IMG/VR virus record: IMGVR_UViG_3300043418_000072
Coordinates: 231,362 to 295,361 of that record
Length of the DNA stretch: 64,000 nucleotides
Direction: 5' to 3' (one strand)
From: a virus
In this document: piece by piece, positions 1 to 9,116 of the stretch
Position numbering within the stretch: position 1 is the first letter of the stretch
How the letters are laid out: each line of letters opens with the position of its first letter
Program-made: the position numbers and the translations under genes
Notes under the pieces: generated by a model
The model's input: the letters and a program-made list of their open reading frames with translations, nothing else
Told to the model about the DNA's origin: nothing
The model's database searches: none

Positions 1-170
1 TCTGGCCATTCGTCCGGCTTAGCTGGATCTAGATAGTAAGGAGAGAACGGACACGCTGACCAGAAGTCATTGACCTCAGCTAATGCTTTGTCTAGTGGTA
101 GGTGATCCAGCGATTTTCGAAATTCACGCCAGCGAGTTAATCTCTCGCTAGCTTGTAGTTTGAACATAAA

Positions 171-1742
171 TTAACCGAAGTAGTTGATGTTGTATTTAAG
201 GATGGCGTTAGTGCCTGAAGATGTTGTTGTGTAGGTAATAACGTTTGCGTTACTTACGCTTAGTAATACGCCTACTGAAGTTCCAGTTACTGTGTAATTA
301 TCAATGAAACTTGCGCCAGTGGTGCCGTCGTGTGCAAACATCAATGTACCAAATCGTTGAGCTGCACCGCGGGTAATAGTATACGACACGCTGCATCCGT
401 TGATCAAGTTTACGTTTGAACTAATGAACGTCGGGGAGTTGTCTAATAGAACAGCATATCCGCCAGTGCCAATTGTGTAGGTACCTACAGATACTCCTAC
501 GTTTGCTTGGATAGCAATATTCTTGGCATTGTTAAAGCTCAAACGAGGAACTGTTATATTATCAGCATCATTGCGATCAAAGATGTCATTTGCGCTAGTG
601 TTGCCGTTTGCAATAAACGAAATAACAGAAGCTACAGGTGATCCAGAACCAGCAAAGTTGTTACCGACATCAAGGAAGTGGTTGCCGCCACTTAGCACGC
701 CAGTGACGTTTGCATAGCAGTCGATTGCATTGTTTGCAACGCTGGCAAAAATGCTGTTTAGAATTTTGTAGTTGCTTGGGGTAGTTGCAACGCTTGCACT
801 ATTCTGGCCTAACTTTAGACCTTTGTACAAGCCAACAAATAAACATCCGTTCATTCTCACGTCGTTGCTAGCGTCGTCGCTCAATGCTGCATAACGTGTA
901 TTCTTAAATTTGCACGACCAGAAGTTGATATTCTTAGTAGTTGCCGCAAACGAATTGATTTTTACGCCTGCGTATGCTTGACTACCAGCAGTAGTTGGAC
1001 TGCTTAGGCTACCAAGGAATTCAACACCAAAGAACGTCACGTGCTCTGCGCTGTCGATTGCCACAATGTCGCGATCGCTTGTGGTGGCCAATGTCATGTT
1101 TTCGATTGTAATGTAACCAGGCAATGTTGCACTGTTCTGCCCCAGTGTTGCACCAGTCTGGTACATGCTATCTGTGAACTGGAACAGCGAAGATTGTGAG
1201 CCATCGGTTTGTTTAATAATTGTGCTTTCGATCCCGTCGCCAGTAAATCGAACGTATGGAGGAATTAAAATACTTGCACCAGTTACTTTGTACGTACCTG
1301 CAGGGAAGAAGATTGTTCTACGCACTTGCGGATAGTTTGACAAACGAGTAGTCAAGTAGATTTGCTGAATTGCACGGTTAATAGCCGCAGTGTCATCTGC
1401 AATGCCATCACCAACTGCGCCAAAGTCCTTGATGCTAACAATGTCATCAAGTTTATCTTGAATTGTGCGAACAATAGGACTTAGTGGACTTGTGGTAGTC
1501 TGTGCAGTGTATCCGCCAGCATTGCCTTTGAACGTGTAGTTCTTTAAGACTGCTGCAAAGTCAGTGTACTGAGTTAAAATCTCAGTTGCACCTTCGGTCG
1601 GAGCACCTTCTGCTAGGGTTCCGTTACCGATGTATAACTTACGTGTATCAACACTCCATGCAAACTCTGCGCTTGCTAGTGCTGGTAAATCTTGTTGTAG
1701 GCCTCTACGTGCCTGAATTCTCGAGATTTGGACTACTGCCAC
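171..1742 (-). CDS. Tailspike/depolymerase-like protein with pectate-lyase-type right-handed beta-helix
   Basis: 523 aa; the motif IKDFGAVGDGIADDTAAINRAI matches the N-terminal signature of the pectate-lyase/tailspike superfamily; the Gly/Asn/Thr-rich repetitive C-terminal part is typical of beta-helix proteins. Confidence 0.55.
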   Translation of the reverse strand: MAVVQISRIQARRGLQQDLPALASAEFAWSVDTRKLYIGNGTLAEGAPTEGATEILTQYTDFAAVLKNYTFKGNAGGYTAQTTTSPLSPIVRTIQDKLDDIVSIKDFGAVGDGIADDTAAINRAIQQIYLTTRLSNYPQVRRTIFFPAGTYKVTGASILIPPYVRFTGDGIESTIIKQTDGSQSSLFQFTDSMYQTGATLGQNSATLPGYITIENMTLATTSDRDIVAIDSAEHVTFFGVEFLGSLSSPTTAGSQAYAGVKINSFAATTKNINFWSCKFKNTRYAALSDDASNDVRMNGCLFVGLYKGLKLGQNSASVATTPSNYKILNSIFASVANNAIDCYANVTGVLSGGNHFLDVGNNFAGSGSPVASVISFIANGNTSANDIFDRNDADNITVPRLSFNNAKNIAIQANVGVSVGTYTIGTGGYAVLLDNSPTFISSNVNLINGCSVSYTITRGAAQRFGTLMFAHDGTTGASFIDNYTVTGTSVGVLLSVSNANVITYTTTSSGTNAILKYNINYFG

Positions 1743-1762
1743 GATATTTTCCTTTAATAATA

Positions 1763-2443
1763 CTATTTATTGCACCACACACGTTTACCATTAACTACTT
1801 TCCAGGACTTTCCGGTACAACCGTTATCAACAACAATTTTACCTCTTTTGTTTTCGTAAGAGGGTAAGACAGGCATATTAGCTCTGCGTATTCTCCAACC
1901 TTTTGTTTGTTTTTGGAATAGTCTACTAGACGGATTGTTTAGCGTAGTTGGCATAGATTTGTCTACGCCATTATCCTCGCACCATTTACTAATATTGTGT
2001 ACATATACCTCAGTTGGATCATCCACCTTGCTTACATACCACCCTTTTGCACGAGAATTAGCTTGTTTTACCAATATGTCTTTCTTTTGTACGTCGGTTA
2101 AATTTTTAAACCATTTGTTGCGACCAGCAAATTTATCACCCGGTCTTCGTAAGGAATAATCAATAAACTTGCTCAAGTCCCCGCCTTCTCCGCCTGATGC
2201 TAAGTTGTAGCTCAGTGGATCTGATGTAGCTTTAGTTTGACTGATCCAAAATTTTTCTCTCAGTGATAGCTCGTCTTTAGAGGTACACGTTTCTAAAATA
2301 ATCTTTTCAAAATTGTCTTTTCCGTACTTAGTAATGGCTTGTGTAATGAGTTTGCCTGACCCATAATAATTTGGGTTGTTGGCCATATCTTTACCTATGT
2401 ACCATTTTCCGTTGATCTTATTAATAGTCTTATAAATTATCAT
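1763..2443 (-). CDS. GIY-YIG homing endonuclease
   Basis: N-terminal IYKTINKINGKWYIGKD...YYGSG is the canonical GIY-YIG motif; the basic C-terminal region is likely the DNA-binding part; a free-standing gene between structural genes is typical of T4 seg-like homing endonuclease genes. Confidence 0.65.
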   Translation of the reverse strand: MIIYKTINKINGKWYIGKDMANNPNYYGSGKLITQAITKYGKDNFEKIILETCTSKDELSLREKFWISQTKATSDPLSYNLASGGEGGDLSKFIDYSLRRPGDKFAGRNKWFKNLTDVQKKDILVKQANSRAKGWYVSKVDDPTEVYVHNISKWCEDNGVDKSMPTTLNNPSSRLFQKQTKGWRIRRANMPVLPSYENKRGKIVVDNGCTGKSWKVVNGKRVWCNK

Positions 2444-2479
2444 ACAGATATTTATCTAATAATCTGTACTATAGGCATT

Positions 2480-3298
2480 TTAGCTAGAGAGGTAATACAT
2501 CTCTACACGTTTCATCCACTCTTTGTCCCAATGTGCAAACTCATCGCCTTCGATTACATATTCGGTATAAACCGGCTTGTCTAGTTCGCCATTGGGCAAT
2601 GTAGTTGGCTGTTGAGCCATTAAAATAACGCCAGTGTTGATTTCTGTGCCGTGAGTGTGATTGTGTGCTGCGGCGTATGCTGCTAGCTGAATAAAGTAAT
2701 CGTCGATCCACTCACGCTTCTTAGGCTTGTTAGTTTGCTTAAAGTCAAGGATAGCAGGCCTGCCCTTCCATACGCCAATGCAGTCGGTGGTACCTGCATA
2801 TAACCCACTATAATAAAGTGGAACTTCTGTGCCCCAAAACTCGTCTACGTTTTGCAGCCCTTGCAGAATGACTTCGGCGGCCATAAACCAGCTAGGCTGG
2901 GCAAAGGGGTTAGAGGGCAGTTCCTTCATGTCACCTGTTAAGATGTACTGCTCTAGGTAACTGTGCATACGTGTACCGCGGTTAGCAGCTTCTGTCACAA
3001 TCTTTTGTGCTTGCTGCTCGCCTACACGCTTTTTCCAGTTAGCAAGGACTGCTTTCTTTTCCTCGCTCTTGGTACGGTCTAGGATAGTAGTAACGCTAGG
3101 TACTTTGCTGCCGTCGGGTAAACAATAATGACGTTTGCCTTCTAGCGTTTCTCTGCTTAATGGTGAATATTCATATGGTGATGTTAACATGTTGCAATTA
3201 TAACAACCAGTAGTCAGATAGTCAATAAATATTTTGATGAAATTACTTATAAGTGGGTGCAGCTTTACCCAATGGCCCGAGACACCGGGCGGACTCAA
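2480..3298 (-). CDS. PD-(D/E)XK nuclease, RecB / lambda-exonuclease family
   Basis: 272 aa; motifs in order: D (TTDCIG), hhhDhK (AILDFKQ) and QhxxY (QLAAYAAAH). Confidence 0.45.
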   Translation of the reverse strand: MSPPGVSGHWVKLHPLISNFIKIFIDYLTTGCYNCNMLTSPYEYSPLSRETLEGKRHYCLPDGSKVPSVTTILDRTKSEEKKAVLANWKKRVGEQQAQKIVTEAANRGTRMHSYLEQYILTGDMKELPSNPFAQPSWFMAAEVILQGLQNVDEFWGTEVPLYYSGLYAGTTDCIGVWKGRPAILDFKQTNKPKKREWIDDYFIQLAAYAAAHNHTHGTEINTGVILMAQQPTTLPNGELDKPVYTEYVIEGDEFAHWDKEWMKRVEMYYLSS

Positions 3299-3986
3299 TA
3301 CGTGTTGGCCCCGTTACCTAAACGAAATCAATCCCGACCTAGACATTACCACTATTGCCGAAGCTGCGGCTGGCAATCAATATATCGCAGACAGCGTTAT
3401 ACACAAGGTCTTAGAGAATCCTGGTGCGTATGACCAAGTGTTGGTTATGTGGAGTGGTGTGAGCAGACTAGATTTCCTAACCGACGTTACTGATCCGGAC
3501 TGGAATGCCTTATACGACAGCTACGGTTTCTATCGCAGAATGGATAACCAAAAGCTGGGTTACATCTTTAGCGGTGGGCAGATGGGCACATGGTATAAGA
3601 ATCCTGTTGCACATAAGATGTTCTATGAGCAGTACAAGGTATCTAGTGAATTGAGCTTGGCAATGATCAACTTAATGGAGATAGTTAAGCTGCAAAGCTT
3701 CTTGGAGAGCAAGGGCATCAAGTACAAGTTTATGAGTTATGTAAACTACTGGACTGATGGTAAGAATATTAGCCCCAATGGCGACTTTGGTGTTACAGGA
3801 TTCCCCGAAGTTCAGCATCTGTTACGTGAAATCAAGTTTGATAACTGGATCTTTACAAACGATGCCAAAGACGGGGTCTACGAATTAGCTAAGAGTATGG
3901 GAAGTTTTATGGATGACAAGTTTCATCCAGGCCCTGCTGCACATGCTGCGTGGGCCGGAATTGTTAACCAACGATTGTTGAGTTAA
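3234..3986 (+). CDS. hypothetical protein (one of few plus-strand ORFs)
   Basis: 250-aa ORF with no motif I recognise; its start overlaps the end of the upstream minus-strand gene. Confidence 0.3.
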   Translation: MMKLLISGCSFTQWPETPGGLNTCWPRYLNEINPDLDITTIAEAAAGNQYIADSVIHKVLENPGAYDQVLVMWSGVSRLDFLTDVTDPDWNALYDSYGFYRRMDNQKLGYIFSGGQMGTWYKNPVAHKMFYEQYKVSSELSLAMINLMEIVKLQSFLESKGIKYKFMSYVNYWTDGKNISPNGDFGVTGFPEVQHLLREIKFDNWIFTNDAKDGVYELAKSMGSFMDDKFHPGPAAHAAWAGIVNQRLLS

Positions 3987-5088
3987 TTACTTGAGTGATA
4001 CGGGATGCTGGCCATTCAGTCCAGTCCCGTGTCATTAACAGTTGAAAGTTATGTTCAACAATAGGCTTGATCTTGGCATAGATAACATCTTGATCTTGCT
4101 CACAAAGCCACTTAACCTGCTCAAATGCGGCAGTATAACGCTCGTTATCGTCTTTAATCAAGTCATAAGACTCGTCAATTACTCCATCAAATGTTTTGAA
4201 GCCCAATGCACGTAGATTGTGCATAAACTTGTAACCTGTAAAGGCAATAAACAGTCGACGACCAATCATTGGCTTGGCTGTCTTCTCGGTGAAGCAGCTT
4301 AGTGTGTTATCAAAGTCAGTTTCTGCAATGATACTGTATGCTGTTTCGTTGAATGTCTTGATAGGAATGATCTGACTTAGGTGTACACGTTGCCCGCAAT
4401 AGTCTGCCCAGTCGGCAGTGCCAATGGTTTGGCCAATTGGCGTTGTTCCTTCTTCCCAGATAAAATAATCCTTGGCATAGAATTCGCCTTCTTTCCAGTC
4501 GCCACCGTAAGTCATTACAACTTTGTCATTTAACTGGTTATCGTTAACTGCCTTAAACACAAAGTCTCTATGTGGCTTGGGACTGCCTAGCAAGGCATCG
4601 AAGTACTTGGGCTTGGTAGCAGAGTAGTTGATGTGCATTACTTTGTCGGGCAATGCTTTGTAAATGTTCGCAGTTGTTTTAAACCAGTCGCCCCAGCATA
4701 GGATGTGACTGTTAATGTCATCTCTGTCGTTTACTGCACCGGGTAGCATCCAGTAGACATTGTCATGATGACATTGGTCCCAAATTTGCCAATGGAAGTT
4801 GTGCAATTCGCTTTCAAAGGTGAAAACTAAATCACTAATGTAACTTAAACGGTTTATCTTATCTTCGAATCCAACGTAGGCTGTGTCAAAGTCACAGTGT
4901 AGTCGGTGTGTAGTAAATGCTATCTTAGTGTCAACTTGTGCTGCTTCATATTCGTCAATGCTGTGACAAATTGTGTATGGGCGGTTGAACTGTATTTTTG
5001 GAAGCCACTCTAAGTCAATAATCTGACTATCACTGTAAACTAGAATCATTCTTTGCTCGATAATTTTCAATTGCTGCTTTGATTGCAT
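3964..5088 (-). CDS. hypothetical protein
   Basis: 374-aa ORF on the coding-dense minus strand; its true start may lie downstream of the IscU overlap. Confidence 0.4.
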   Translation of the reverse strand: MQSKQQLKIIEQRMILVYSDSQIIDLEWLPKIQFNRPYTICHSIDEYEAAQVDTKIAFTTHRLHCDFDTAYVGFEDKINRLSYISDLVFTFESELHNFHWQIWDQCHHDNVYWMLPGAVNDRDDINSHILCWGDWFKTTANIYKALPDKVMHINYSATKPKYFDALLGSPKPHRDFVFKAVNDNQLNDKVVMTYGGDWKEGEFYAKDYFIWEEGTTPIGQTIGTADWADYCGQRVHLSQIIPIKTFNETAYSIIAETDFDNTLSCFTEKTAKPMIGRRLFIAFTGYKFMHNLRALGFKTFDGVIDESYDLIKDDNERYTAAFEQVKWLCEQDQDVIYAKIKPIVEHNFQLLMTRDWTEWPASRITQVINSTIVG

Positions 5089-5422
5089 CCTCAGCTAAGA
5101 TGCTACAATGGATTTTAACTGGTGGTAGAGCTAGCTCGCCTGCGATCTCACTGTTTGTGATGCTTGCTGCTTCGGACAGACTTTTTCCTTTAACCCACTC
5201 AGTAACCAATGAGCTGCTTGCAATAGCACTCCCGCAACCATAAGTCTTAAAACGTGCATCGGTGATAATTCCATTCGAGTCTACCTTTATTTGTAATTTC
5301 ATTACGTCGCCACAAGCGGGTGCGCCAACCATACCAGTGCCAACATCGCTGTCCTCACTCGCAAAAGAACCCACATTACGTGGGTTCTCATAGTGATCAA
5401 TTACCTTGTCTGAATATGCCAT
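5030..5422 (-). CDS. iscU: IscU/NifU-like iron-sulfur cluster assembly scaffold
   Basis: 130 aa; three conserved Cys in the contexts APACGDVMKL, YGCGSAIASS and HCSILAEDA, plus the LPPVK motif, match IscU. Confidence 0.8.
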   Translation of the reverse strand: MAYSDKVIDHYENPRNVGSFASEDSDVGTGMVGAPACGDVMKLQIKVDSNGIITDARFKTYGCGSAIASSSLVTEWVKGKSLSEAASITNSEIAGELALPPVKIHCSILAEDAIKAAIENYRAKNDSSLQ

Positions 5423-5452
5423 ATAAGTCCTTTATGGACAACTATAACAGAT

Positions 5453-5875
5453 TTAGCCACGGTTTCCTAGTGCCCTGTTAGCCATACTGCTAACAGTTTT
5501 CTCAGGAGCAGTTTGTGCTCCGTCTTCTGCACCAGGAGTCGATTCATCACCGAAACCGTCATCACTAAATGTAGCCAAGTAAACGTACTTAACGCCGTTT
5601 TCGTCGTCTTTAATATCTGTGATTAAGTTTTTGATTGTGTCGTTGCTCTTACGTGCAGACTCTAGTGCATCTGCGTTAAACGATTCACCACCTGGTAAAC
5701 GCTTAACTAGATTAACTAAGCTGTCAACACGTACCTTAGGGACTGAATGCCCGTGAGCACGATTACGTAATTCTTCAAGAGCTGTGGCTAAGACGCTATC
5801 TCCACGAGTTTCTGCCTCGTCTTCGATCATTGCGCCTATGCCGCTGTCTTCAACAATAATTTCTGCGAATCGCAT
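5453..5875 (-). CDS. hypothetical acidic protein
   Basis: 140-aa ORF that abuts the next gene (ATG at 5875). Confidence 0.4.
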   Translation of the reverse strand: MRFAEIIVEDSGIGAMIEDEAETRGDSVLATALEELRNRAHGHSVPKVRVDSLVNLVKRLPGGESFNADALESARKSNDTIKNLITDIKDDENGVKYVYLATFSDDGFGDESTPGAEDGAQTAPEKTVSSMANRALGNRG

Positions 5876-6558
5876 TAGCGTACTTCTCTGCCTAAGTCGG
5901 CTGTACCGCCAGTTGCTGCATCGCTGGCACCGAAGTCTGCGCCTTGGTCCATGTCACTCATTTCACCGTCAAGACCGCCGTCCATGCTTGGACCTAAGTC
6001 TGCGCCGCCCATGCCCATATCTTGGCCCATGTCTTCGCCGGCTAAGCCACGTGCTGCTGAATCAGCAGTTTCGCGACCTTGTTGTAGTGTTTGTGCCAAA
6101 TTGCCTAGCAATGGGCTAACTGCGCTCTTAAAGCCGTCAGCTTTTTCAATGCCAATTTGGTCACGGATTGTGTCTAACAATGCAGGCAACTGCTCGTTCT
6201 GCATTTTGCTGATTTTTTCCAACATGTCTTGGATGCTATCAACCATGTCTTTTGCAGCTAAGATAGCTTCAGACTTGGCCATTTCGCTTTCGTTGATCAA
6301 CTGTTGTTTGTTGTCACGCATCCAGCTGTGTAGGCTCTCACGTACCATAAGCATTTCCATGTAAGATGGATTCTTTTCAGCGGTGTGAACGCCGTGTGTG
6401 CTCTTAATCTTGTTTAGGCTTTCGCTGATAGCAGTTGCCATCGTGTAAGCCTTCTTGAAGGTTAAGTTTGCATAGTCAACTTGGAAACCAAAGCGGCTTT
6501 CCATGACTTTGTTCATTTGTTTTGCGGTTGGCTTAGCGCCCATTTCGTTTAATCTCAT
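5875..6558 (-). CDS. hypothetical protein with Asp/Gly/Met-rich acidic tail (scaffold-like?)
   Basis: 227 aa; the C-terminal part is low-complexity D/G/M-rich. Confidence 0.4.
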   Translation of the reverse strand: MRLNEMGAKPTAKQMNKVMESRFGFQVDYANLTFKKAYTMATAISESLNKIKSTHGVHTAEKNPSYMEMLMVRESLHSWMRDNKQQLINESEMAKSEAILAAKDMVDSIQDMLEKISKMQNEQLPALLDTIRDQIGIEKADGFKSAVSPLLGNLAQTLQQGRETADSAARGLAGEDMGQDMGMGGADLGPSMDGGLDGEMSDMDQGADFGASDAATGGTADLGREVR

Positions 6559-6563
6559 AGTGG

Positions 6564-7091
6564 TTATTCCCAGATACCTTTTAGATATTTAGCCTGATTT
6601 AAAGTTTTTTCAAGATCTATTTTAGCTAGATCTAACATGATACTATTATCTGTTATTCTAGCATCTAATACGTCAACTGTAAACATGTCATCGCGCTTAA
6701 TTGCTCGATTTCTGTTGTGTACGTAATAGATTTTATCCTGTGTTAACTTACTTAGTGTCGTATCGTTTCGGTATAAATTCTGTGCTTGCTTCAAGCGGCC
6801 AGTTTGATATAGCAACGAGTACGTCACAGCGGATTGTTTGCAAGTAAACGTGGCCATCAACTCAGTGAAGTCGTTGAATAGTTGCCAGACACCTGCTGAC
6901 TGTTTTATAGAGTGCTTACCAACTTGCCATCCATCCTTAGTGGGGATGATCAAGGGTTCGCTTTTTATTAGTTTTTGAGTTTCATTTTTAGTCCAGGTTT
7001 TGACATATTGTGCAGCTAAATCTACTGCTACCATTGCCTCGACTATTTGCCCATTAGTTATGGGATTTTTTCTTGTACGTGATTTGGCCAT
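6564..7091 (-). CDS. hypothetical protein
   Basis: 175-aa ORF. Confidence 0.4.
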   Translation of the reverse strand: MAKSRTRKNPITNGQIVEAMVAVDLAAQYVKTWTKNETQKLIKSEPLIIPTKDGWQVGKHSIKQSAGVWQLFNDFTELMATFTCKQSAVTYSLLYQTGRLKQAQNLYRNDTTLSKLTQDKIYYVHNRNRAIKRDDMFTVDVLDARITDNSIMLDLAKIDLEKTLNQAKYLKGIWE

Positions 7092-7262
7092 CTTGATTCT
7101 TTCTCAACAATACATCTTTGTTGACTAATTGATTTGCAATGTGAATTTCGCGCTCGTTCAGGTCGGCCCGTTTAATTATTTCGTGTTCATTAAATTTGCC
7201 CAACACATCCGCTTCTTCGTTTGTGATGGACAATCTAATGTGATTTAATAGTTCAACAATTT

Positions 7263-7520
7263 TCATTTGTTGACGAAGTTAACTAGCACAACAACAAAAC
7301 CGGAGATCAACACGCCAATGATTGCTGTACCAATAGTGATAATTGTTTTGTTTGATGCGTCAGGAGCAGCGGCAAGCGATTCTTTAATACTCACGATTAA
7401 ATCCTCAACGCGACTCATTCTTTCATCAAGACTGTTTAGCTTAGTGTCCAAATTCTTATACCTTTCAGCACATAATTCTACGTGCGCTTCAAGATTCTCT
7501 TTTTCAATTTCCGTCGCCAT
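7263..7520 (-). CDS. small coiled-coil protein with C-terminal transmembrane helix
   Basis: 85 aa; the hydrophobic C-terminus is IITIGTAIIGVLISGFVVVLVNFV. Confidence 0.4.
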   Translation of the reverse strand: MATEIEKENLEAHVELCAERYKNLDTKLNSLDERMSRVEDLIVSIKESLAAAPDASNKTIITIGTAIIGVLISGFVVVLVNFVNK

Positions 7521-7610
7521 TGCGATATTCCTTATTTGTTAATCAGATAACAATGCTGTTGAGTGTGCCAAAGTGTGTGCCATAAAAGAGTGCCTGTGTG
7601 TGCCGTAGCA

Positions 7611-8078
7611 TTAAATATTATTTAAGTCTATTGCCAGGTTTTTAAAGTACACATTTTTTATCGCGCCATGCGGATAAAAGATAGGCAACATAAAACGAGC
7701 TGTTTCTGCCAATCCGGTTACAACAGGAATTTGTTCAAAGTCAGTTTCTAGGCCACCTTGTGGATTGTCTCCTACTAGGAAAACGTCTTGGTGCTCAATT
7801 GCAAAGGTCCAGGCCCATATTTTATGTCGCCCTTGGTAGTATTCCCCAAAGTTCCAACCATCTGCTAGATTACTTTCTGTGCAAATTGGACCATTGATCA
7901 TGAGAGGCTGAGTTCTAAGACCCATTGTCTGCAATACCGTTTCCCAGTTACGTTGCTGATTTCTTTCAAACTCTTGCTCAGGTCTATAGCGGGTCACACC
8001 AGTGGCAGTAATGTCCACTAGTGTGTATCCTGTATAAAACTGTAGTTCTCGGTTCATGTAGATATTTATGTCCAACAA
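7611..8078 (-). CDS. hypothetical protein
   Basis: 155-aa ORF. Confidence 0.4.
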   Translation of the reverse strand: MLDINIYMNRELQFYTGYTLVDITATGVTRYRPEQEFERNQQRNWETVLQTMGLRTQPLMINGPICTESNLADGWNFGEYYQGRHKIWAWTFAIEHQDVFLVGDNPQGGLETDFEQIPVVTGLAETARFMLPIFYPHGAIKNVYFKNLAIDLNNI

Positions 8079-8120
8079 AAAAGGCAGTATAAAACTGCCT
8101 TCGTTGCTGAGTGTTAACTC

Positions 8121-8564
8121 TTATGCTAGCTTTAAGCCGCCTGTACTAGCAACTGATACGCTAGACACAGTGCTGTTACCGTATACACCAAGTTGTGTAA
8201 TGTTTGCACGAATATATGCTTGCAATTCTGCATCTGTCCATGCACTGTGTTCTACTAATGCGCTTAGTTGATTGCTGCCGCTTTCAACTTGGTATGCCAC
8301 AACAGTGTTACGTTGTTGAATCACTCCGAGCATCTGCGATACTAAACCAACGTTACCTGTTGTACGGTTAATGCCGCTTTCAAGAGTTAAGTTGCTTGCA
8401 GCATACCCGCCAACACCTGTAATCTTATATGCAGTGATGCGGCCACTCATGCCAGGTGCAATAATGCCAGTGGCAGTACGTGCTGAGCCGTCTGTGTTAC
8501 TATCAATGTCTGTTGCAACTACTGCGGTTGCATCGCCGTTTACTTTTAATGCGCCTAAGGCCAT
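8121..8564 (-). CDS. small Ala/Gly/Thr-rich putative virion protein (paralog 1)
   Basis: 147 aa; N-terminus MALGALKVNGDATA is paralogous to the adjacent ORF 8645..9043, and an intrinsic terminator sits directly upstream. Confidence 0.45.
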   Translation of the reverse strand: MALGALKVNGDATAVVATDIDSNTDGSARTATGIIAPGMSGRITAYKITGVGGYAASNLTLESGINRTTGNVGLVSQMLGVIQQRNTVVAYQVESGSNQLSALVEHSAWTDAELQAYIRANITQLGVYGNSTVSSVSVASTGGLKLA

Positions 8565-8590
8565 GTTATATCTCCAATATACTATATTTA

Positions 8591-8625
8591 GTTAGCCATT
8601 AAAAAAGGCTCCTAAGAGCCTTTTT
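8591..8625 (-). terminator. Rho-independent terminator (hairpin GGCTC-TTAG-GAGCC followed by a T-run on the minus strand; symmetric A/T-runs)
   Basis: The sequence AAAAAAGGCTCCTAAGAGCCTTTTTGTTTT is read directly. Confidence 0.7.
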
Positions 8626-8644
8626 GTTTTCACTGCTTAAAATA

Positions 8645-9043
8645 TTAAGCGAATGTGAATGTACCAGCGCCGTTCAACACGCTAGATGAAGTAACTGTCA
8701 AGTTACCAGCACCCATGCCTGTTGCAGATGCAACTGCATCCTTCAAAGCACCGTAAGCACCAGATGTTGTTGCACCTGCGCCTGCGTTGAATGTAGCAGC
8801 ATCAACAATAACACACAAAGATGCGTTAGTTTGTGCGCCTGCCCATACGATAGAACCCAATGTTTCTACTGCACGGATACCTTGGTCGTAGCCACCTTCA
8901 ACCAATGGTGCAGATTGACTTGTACCACCTGTTGCTGCTGTGAAGCCAGACTGGCTGTCAGCAATTTTAAGAACCAATGGTTGGTAACCTTGGAACGCAC
9001 CTGCGGCTGCTTTGCCGTTTACTTTTACTTGTCCTAATGCCAT
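8645..9043 (-). CDS. small Ala/Gly/Thr-rich putative abundant virion protein (paralog 2)
   Basis: 132 aa, N-terminus MALGQVKVNGKAAAG; it is followed by a strong terminator, as expected for a highly expressed structural gene. Confidence 0.45.
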   Translation of the reverse strand: MALGQVKVNGKAAAGAFQGYQPLVLKIADSQSGFTAATGGTSQSAPLVEGGYDQGIRAVETLGSIVWAGAQTNASLCVIVDAATFNAGAGATTSGAYGALKDAVASATGMGAGNLTVTSSSVLNGAGTFTFA

Positions 9044-9116
9044 TTTAAATTTCCTTTAATGAATGGGCTATACGCCTCATGTAAATATTTATCTCTTTGA
9101 GAAAAAGACTGGCTAT

